A stretch of DNA of 10,596 nt, taken from NCBI GenBank assembly GCA_964549305.1, contig CAZJVM010000042.1:11086-21681 (forward strand). Direction: 5' to 3'. Below the pieces are notes generated by a model, which was not told the origin of the DNA, made no database searches, and saw nothing but the letters and a program-made list of their open reading frames with translations. Below, piece after piece: positions 5,783 to 10,596 of the stretch. Position 1 is the first letter of the stretch; each line of letters opens with the position of its first letter. The translations under genes and the position numbers were made by a program. This stretch comes from an uncultured bacterium. Lineage in GTDB: Bacteria > Schekmanbacteria > GWA2-38-11 > J061.

Positions 5783-8254
5783 CTATGCCTTATATATTTT
5801 GACCATTGCCCTGTCGGGAAGGCAAATTCCCGAAAGAGGGTCTCTTTCGCCTGCTATTATATCCGCGGCATTGCTTCCTATTCCCGATGACCAGACGCCT
5901 CCGGCGGAATGTCCAAAACCCGCGGGGACAGCAATACATTCGGGATGAATGCCGTCTGACAGCGCAACTATTCCTTTTATTTTAGCTTTCTCCGATTCAA
6001 CAAAAACATAATCACCGTCATTCAACATTAATTCCCGTGCAGTTTCACGGTTGATTTCAACCCACGTATTCCACCTGTCGGCAACAACGGAAGTGGCATT
6101 ATCCATAAGCCACGGAGAATTGGGCTGAGACATTCCCGTAAGTGAAATCGTTTTGATGTTGTGAAGATGGAGCATCCCGCCATCGCTTTCTTTGCCGGAT
6201 TTTTCAGACACCATGTCAATATAAAAGGGGTTGACTTTCCCTTCGATAAAACGGGAATACACTTCACTTATTTCCTTTGCCTTTTCATCGCCTTTAGACC
6301 GTGCTTCATCAATCAGAGAAACAAGTTTTGAAGGAAGAAAATCCGCTTTGCCCCTGCCTGTTTTTACAATCCCGGGAAGCTCGTTATAATAATAGACAGG
6401 GTCCCACCATCCGCCTTTTTCAATAACATTATCTACAAATTCTTTTCTGTCTGATTTTTTTGGAATTCTCCAACCGGCTTTTTCAAGAAGTCTGACCCAA
6501 CGTCCCTTGAAATCTTCCGATATGTAGTCACCCCTTCCGGCATTGAAGAGCCCTTCAATTGACCACTCGATATATTCCCTGAAATTTTTCCAATTTAAAT
6601 TAGAAGAAACTCCCGAGGGCATCCCTGCCGCTATCCCGAGAATCACATCCTCGGTTGCCCTGCAGTCAGTTACAGGCGCAACAACCGGCTTTGATACGGA
6701 AAAAACCTGATATCCTTCAGACGTATTTACGGTTGCGCCATTCCACTTTTCAAGATATGTGCAATCGGGAAGAATCAAATCACAAAGTTCCGTCGTCTCA
6801 TCCATCACCGGAGAAAAACTCACTTTAAAGGGAATTTTTTTCATTGCTTGCGCCCATTTATCCTTACCAGGGCTTGAATATACAGGATTTGCATTCTTTA
6901 TAAGCAGAAGTTTTACGGGCGAGTCGCTATTGTCAAGCTTTTCGGGAAGAACTGAATTATCGGTTTCATAAAGCATTTCTTCTCCGGCAGAGGCAAGGGG
7001 CTTGAAGGCAAGGCCTGATTTTGCCATTTTATCATTTTTTATTTCTGCTTCATTGCTCAGGGGTATTTCGTGAGGGAAAAGCATCCCTCCCTCACTTCCC
7101 AGACTTCCGCAAAGCAGATTAAGACTGTGTACTGCCGCTTGTGTCATTACATCGTCGCGCCTGCCGATTATGAGAGCCGGTTTCGATGAATAAAGCGCTC
7201 TTGCAACTTCGATAATATCTTCCGCGCTCACTCCCGTAATCTCTTCCACATCAACGGGCGCGTAATCGCTCATAACCCAGTATTTGAATCCACGCCTGAT
7301 TTTACCGTCGCGCGATACTTCGTCTTCAAATCCGGAACAGTTTTTGCTGACAAAATCATAATCATAGAGGTCTTCACGTATAAGGACATAAGCTATTGAA
7401 AGGGCAATGATTGCCTCGGTGCCCGGCTTTATGGAAATCCATTTGTCGGCGCTTGCCGCAGTTGCCGAAAGGCGCGCCCCGATATGTACAAACTTTGACC
7501 GTCCCGCCTCTCTTTCCCTGCGCGCATAACCGTACGCGCTTACTGACTGCATCAGGTTGAGGTGGCTTTCAAGAAAATCCGTTGAAAAGGAGACAACTAT
7601 GCCCGCGTTTTTAATGTCATATGACGGCCGGCGGTCAATTCCCTGCATAAGATGTATCGCATCCAACTGGCACTCATCGTCCCCGTCAAGAGCATCGTTA
7701 TAGGAAACATAATTCGGGCTTCCATATGCTTTCATAAAGCGCTCGTAGAGCTTTTTCTCGAGGGAAGCGCTTCTTGAATCCTGAATAAACATAAGTCCTG
7801 CGGGATTTTCTTCTCTTTGGGCGATAAGTTTTTCGGAAAGCGTTTTTATCGCTTCATCCCATGAAACAGAAACCCATTCCGATGATTCTCCCCCGCCGGA
7901 TTTAATCAGAGGGCTTTTAATTCTGTTGGGATTATAGAGATGCTGAATTCCCGCAACTCCCCTTGTACACAATCCTCCGCGATTTACTGGATGCTCGGGA
8001 TTGCCTTCGATTTTCACCACTCTTTCGCCGATTTTTCTTACCTTTATTCCGCAAAAACTCGGACAAATCGTACAGGAGGAATTAACGTGCGTTTCAACAT
8101 CATAGGGAACAATCGTCTCTTCAAACTGGTTCAAAAAATTATGTATGGATTTATTTGTATTTTTTATCTTTTGGCAACCTGCTGCAGTTAGGGCGGAAAC
8201 CAGTCCTGTCGCCTTTAAAAAACTTCTTCTCTTGATTTTATTTTTGTTCTTCAT
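5783..8254 (-). CDS. Molybdopterin oxidoreductase (DMSO reductase family)-like subunit, QrcB/ActB1-like; Tat-exported lipoprotein
   Basis: 823 aa from ATG 8254, 8 nt after the pentaheme stop. Twin-arginine KRRSFLK then AAG-C27. FS0 motif C61-x2-C-x3-C-x27-C96 with KIEGNPEHPVNRGGLC. Also SWDEA, GSPN, ADKWISIKPGTE, DETTELCDLILPD.TYLE and C-terminal VEIN..TA..L...DGD.V.VES and AVPAGFGH. Confidence 0.93.
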   Translation of the reverse strand: MKNKNKIKRRSFLKATGLVSALTAAGCQKIKNTNKSIHNFLNQFEETIVPYDVETHVNSSCTICPSFCGIKVRKIGERVVKIEGNPEHPVNRGGLCTRGVAGIQHLYNPNRIKSPLIKSGGGESSEWVSVSWDEAIKTLSEKLIAQREENPAGLMFIQDSRSASLEKKLYERFMKAYGSPNYVSYNDALDGDDECQLDAIHLMQGIDRRPSYDIKNAGIVVSFSTDFLESHLNLMQSVSAYGYARREREAGRSKFVHIGARLSATAASADKWISIKPGTEAIIALSIAYVLIREDLYDYDFVSKNCSGFEDEVSRDGKIRRGFKYWVMSDYAPVDVEEITGVSAEDIIEVARALYSSKPALIIGRRDDVMTQAAVHSLNLLCGSLGSEGGMLFPHEIPLSNEAEIKNDKMAKSGLAFKPLASAGEEMLYETDNSVLPEKLDNSDSPVKLLLIKNANPVYSSPGKDKWAQAMKKIPFKVSFSPVMDETTELCDLILPDCTYLEKWNGATVNTSEGYQVFSVSKPVVAPVTDCRATEDVILGIAAGMPSGVSSNLNWKNFREYIEWSIEGLFNAGRGDYISEDFKGRWVRLLEKAGWRIPKKSDRKEFVDNVIEKGGWWDPVYYYNELPGIVKTGRGKADFLPSKLVSLIDEARSKGDEKAKEISEVYSRFIEGKVNPFYIDMVSEKSGKESDGGMLHLHNIKTISLTGMSQPNSPWLMDNATSVVADRWNTWVEINRETARELMLNDGDYVFVESEKAKIKGIVALSDGIHPECIAVPAGFGHSAGGVWSSGIGSNAADIIAGERDPLSGICLPDRAMVKIYKA

Positions 8255-8262
8255 ACTAACTT

Positions 8263-8760
8263 TTATTTGTGGCAGTCTATGCAGTCCCACGCCACGTCCC
8301 TTTTTGTATGGCAATCGATACAGTCTTCCATTACAAGCTCTTTCAGTGGTTTTTTGGGAGGTTCCGTCAATTTCCACATTTCACCGTGGCAGTTAACGCA
8401 TTCAACTTCACCCACTACCACATGGCGCCTGTGAGAAAAAAAGACGTGAGACGGAAGCCTGAAAACTCTCTCCCAGTGAAGCTCTCCGCCCTGTGAAGCT
8501 ATTGTCCTGATTTTTTCCTCTTCCGGGCTTTCGGTTATGGCATCCTCGTGACATTCGAGGCACTGAGATATTTTGGGAATGCTCGCGAAAGTCTGGTCAT
8601 TCACGTGAATATGACATTCATCGCACTCCAAACCCTGGTCAATATGCGCTTTGTGGCTGTATTTTATAGGCTGTTCGGGAGCAGAGGAAAAAGAGAAAAC
8701 AGTAATAGTTCCCAGAGTTGCGCATAAGAGAATGACTGATATAAATATAATCCTTTTCAT
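8263..8760 (-). CDS. Membrane-anchored pentaheme cytochrome c (cytochrome c3-family; ActA/QrcA-like)
   Basis: 165 aa with one N-terminal hydrophobic helix. Five CxxCH (CDECH, CLECH, CVNCH, CIDCH, CIDCH). ActA/QrcA hallmark motifs QPIKYSHKAH, WERVFRLPSHVFFSHRRH and M..CIDCH. Confidence 0.95.
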   Translation of the reverse strand: MKRIIFISVILLCATLGTITVFSFSSAPEQPIKYSHKAHIDQGLECDECHIHVNDQTFASIPKISQCLECHEDAITESPEEEKIRTIASQGGELHWERVFRLPSHVFFSHRRHVVVGEVECVNCHGEMWKLTEPPKKPLKELVMEDCIDCHTKRDVAWDCIDCHK

Positions 8761-8916
8761 TAACCCAGTATAAAATATAAATTATTATTACAAACTGCTT
8801 GTCACGAAAGGATCAGGAATAAATCTCATTTAGCGAATATTCTCTTGAATCTGAAATGTGCTGCCAACGAGCTTATGAATTTTTATTACTCATCAACTAG
8901 AATTTGAAAATGGAAC

Positions 8917-8931
8917 TTGAAAAGTTTTCAA
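8917..8931. promoter_or_regulatory. Perfect 7-1-7 palindrome TTGAAAA-G-TTTTCAA, candidate repressor operator
   Basis: Seen directly. It abuts the downstream edge of the predicted -10 element, and a third half-site TTGAAAA lies at 8904-8910. Confidence 0.5.
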
Positions 8932-8961
8932 CTTATACTTCTTTAAACTTATAGCTGTCAA
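8932..8961 (-). promoter_or_regulatory. Candidate sigma70 promoter of the Qrc/ACIII-like operon
   Basis: Minus strand consensus TTGACA (8961-8956), 18 nt spacer, TATAAG (8937-8932), with A-tracts upstream (UP element-like). Confidence 0.55.
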
Positions 8962-9077
8962 GAAATTTTTTGTTTTTTTTAAACACTCCTCTAAAAGCCG
9001 CGCGAATAAAGGGCTTACGGGAATTCAAAAAAGCAAAAGGGAAACCGCAAAAGCAATCACTTTTTGTTTTGAGGCAA

Positions 9078-9815
9078 TCAGACCATTGCCTTAAAAAATT
9101 TTCCGAATGTTTCCTCGCCGTAAAGGTTGCGGATAACGTGCCCCATTCTGTCGGTATCTTTCATTCCGCTATACTGCGACTGAAGTCGCGCCTGCTGACT
9201 CTTTTTAAAATCCTCACCAAGGTTTTCGGCATCACTGTAAATTTTCGCCCACAGTCTAATCATTTTACCACATAGGTCATAAACCGTTTCCATCTTCTCC
9301 GTTTGCGTTTCGGCTATAATAAAAACGGGAGAAATATAAGACCTCACCCACGTTGTCGTAGTGTCCAGACGCACTATTTCAAGATCTTTGTGGTTACAGA
9401 ATTTTTTATATTCCTCATTGAAAGGATCGAGATACTTCATTACGAAATCGTAATCCTGCACGAGGTCAAAGCCGAAGGAAAAATCCGTATCAAAAGCATA
9501 CTTGCCATCTTCTGTTATAACCGAGTTAATGCCCCACACGGGAATCTTATATGAAAAATCGGGCAAAATCTGAAAAATTTCCGCCTCCACGATTTTCTCG
9601 TTTTTGCCGAAAGGAGACATCGTCTCCCTGCCAAGTTTAAAATCCACGATGGTGACCTTGTCTATTTTTTCTCCGCGGTAAATTTTTATTCCTCCTCCTT
9701 CATCACCGGAAAGAAGTTTTACATTTTCGATGTCATCAAATCCGGAAACCCTCTCAAGAGCAACCTCTTCACTGAGCATTTCAAAACAGATATCAGGCAA
9801 TGTTTTTCCGGCCAT
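9078..9815 (-). CDS. Ferredoxin-dependent bilin reductase-fold protein, red chlorophyll catabolite reductase (RCCR)-like
   Basis: 245 aa; RBS GAGGAG. FDBR-type P-x3-Y-x-(L/I)P-x-(F/W)G motif (PDFSYKIPVWGIN). RCCR-like D-x5-DLV-x-D-x-D(F/Y)-x2-KY (DFSFGFDLVQDYDFVMKY) and WVRSYISP. Helix ending IRLW, and C-terminal D-x6-I-x3-YG-x-E-x4-F (DRMGHVIRNLYGEETFGKFF). The family call is from motif recall. Confidence 0.7.
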   Translation of the reverse strand: MAGKTLPDICFEMLSEEVALERVSGFDDIENVKLLSGDEGGGIKIYRGEKIDKVTIVDFKLGRETMSPFGKNEKIVEAEIFQILPDFSYKIPVWGINSVITEDGKYAFDTDFSFGFDLVQDYDFVMKYLDPFNEEYKKFCNHKDLEIVRLDTTTTWVRSYISPVFIIAETQTEKMETVYDLCGKMIRLWAKIYSDAENLGEDFKKSQQARLQSQYSGMKDTDRMGHVIRNLYGEETFGKFFKAMV

Positions 9816-9867
9816 ATTCCAGTCTCCTCATTTAAAGATTTCCGGCGATTATTTATCTTCAATCCAA

Positions 9868-10443
9868 TCAGCTTTTCAGAACTTTCTCAAGATGCCACCT
9901 TACTATATCGAGACGGTCCTGTCCCCAGAATACTTCATCGCCTATTACAAGCGTAGGCACACCGAAAACGCCATCTTCCCGCCCTTGCGACGTTGATTCC
10001 TCAAGGCGTTTTTTAAAAGAAGGGTCTTTTGCTTTTTCCGAAATGTTCACTTCGGGAAGCCCAATTGATTTTATCACACCGGATATTACTTCTTCGTCGC
10101 CCACATCCCTGCCCTCACCCCAGAATGCGCGATTCATCGCTTCGATGTATTCACGCCCCCTGCCTTTGTCACTGGCAATGAAAAAACATTCCGATGCAAG
10201 GCCACTTTTCGGGGGACCTTTGGGAAATTGAAGCGGAAGGTCGTAAAAGGAAGCCAGACGAGTAATATCCTTTCGCATATGCTTCATTTCAGACGGTGCG
10301 GGAGGGGAATCGTTTTCATCCCTTCCGATTACGAAGGGCTTAAGTTCCCAATTTATTCCGAATTCCTCTTCAAGCTCGAAGATGCGCTTGTTTCCCACAT
10401 AACAGAAAGGGCTTGTGACGCTGAAGTAATACCGAAATTTCAT
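9868..10443 (-). CDS. DsbA-family protein, 2-hydroxychromene-2-carboxylate isomerase / glutathione S-transferase kappa-like
   Basis: 191 aa; RBS AAGGAG. N-terminal YYFSVTSPFCY (SPxxY rather than CxxC), AFWGEGRDV, and C-terminal GVFGVPTLVIGDEVFWGQDRL. Confidence 0.92.
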   Translation of the reverse strand: MKFRYYFSVTSPFCYVGNKRIFELEEEFGINWELKPFVIGRDENDSPPAPSEMKHMRKDITRLASFYDLPLQFPKGPPKSGLASECFFIASDKGRGREYIEAMNRAFWGEGRDVGDEEVISGVIKSIGLPEVNISEKAKDPSFKKRLEESTSQGREDGVFGVPTLVIGDEVFWGQDRLDIVRWHLEKVLKS

Positions 10444-10596
10444 TACACTTCTCCTTTATAAATATTTTTTCGAAATGTAATACTTTATTTTAATGCCGGC
10501 AGGAAAAAACAAACCGTTTTTTTGGCATTGAAAAGACATATATCGTTAAAGAAGCGACTTCATATATCGGGTCATTCCGACAGGTCAAAACTTTAC

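Noticed and set aside
8255-8377. 41-aa N-terminal extension of the 864-aa ORF
   Set aside because: Overlaps the pentaheme CDS in another frame and would bury the Tat signal. ATG 8254 fits better.
380-8875. 10-mer TAAGCTCGTT at 380-389 and inverted at 8866-8875
   Set aside because: Opposite orientation relative to co-oriented genes, and short enough to arise by chance. No flanking duplication or transposase suggests element ends.
8791-8893. Tiny leader ORFs (MSNKNS, MRFIPDPFVTSSL) or a riboswitch in the operon leader
   Set aside because: No convincing RBS, no attenuator hairpins and no recognisable riboswitch (e.g. Moco) consensus.
8994-9072. Imperfect inverted repeats after the RCCR-like gene (AAGCC...GGCTT; A-tract/T-tract pairs)
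   Set aside because: Short or mismatched stems dominated by A/T runs. Cannot support a terminator, recombination site or ncRNA call.
9868-10443. DsbA-family gene as a disulfide oxidase for cytochrome c maturation
   Set aside because: No signal peptide and no CxxC (SPFC instead). The FWGQDRL motif indicates the cytoplasmic GST-kappa/HCCA isomerase branch.
8970-10461. Plus-strand ORFs 8970-9275, 9303-9554, 9730-9996, 10043-10231, 10228-10461
   Set aside because: Antisense to the RCCR-like and DsbA-family genes, with no protein-like signatures.
1-10596. CRISPR arrays, tRNA/rRNA, IS elements, prophage genes
   Set aside because: No regularly spaced repeats, RNA gene signatures, or transposase/integrase motifs. 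Intergenic gaps are short and accounted for.

Overview
A bacterial window in which every supported gene lies on the minus strand. In transcription order (right to left): a DsbA-fold/GST-kappa (HCCA isomerase-like) gene and a ferredoxin-dependent bilin reductase-fold (RCCR-like) gene; a ~315 bp regulatory gap; then a tightly packed Qrc/alternative complex III-like respiratory operon. The operon encodes a membrane-anchored pentaheme cytochrome c, a Tat-lipoprotein molybdopterin oxidoreductase-family subunit with an intact FS0 motif but a degenerate Mo site, a 4x[4Fe-4S] protein, an NrfD/ActC-family membrane subunit, a small 2-TM protein and a four-repeat tetraheme cytochrome c. Next come an exported mosaic protein (very Lys-rich IPT/TIG domain plus EB_dh/DOMON-type heme domain with inserted c-heme motifs), an intrinsic terminator, and the 5' part of a probable outer-membrane beta-barrel gene that runs off the left edge and is missing from the ORF track. 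The most interesting inference is a quinone pool-to-periplasm-to-outer membrane electron-transfer conduit built on a non-canonical Qrc/ACIII core. The orphan RCCR/bilin-reductase-like gene with a substituted catalytic acid is a second point of interest. All family assignments come from motif recognition by eye, not database searches. No RNA genes, CRISPR arrays or mobile elements were recognised.
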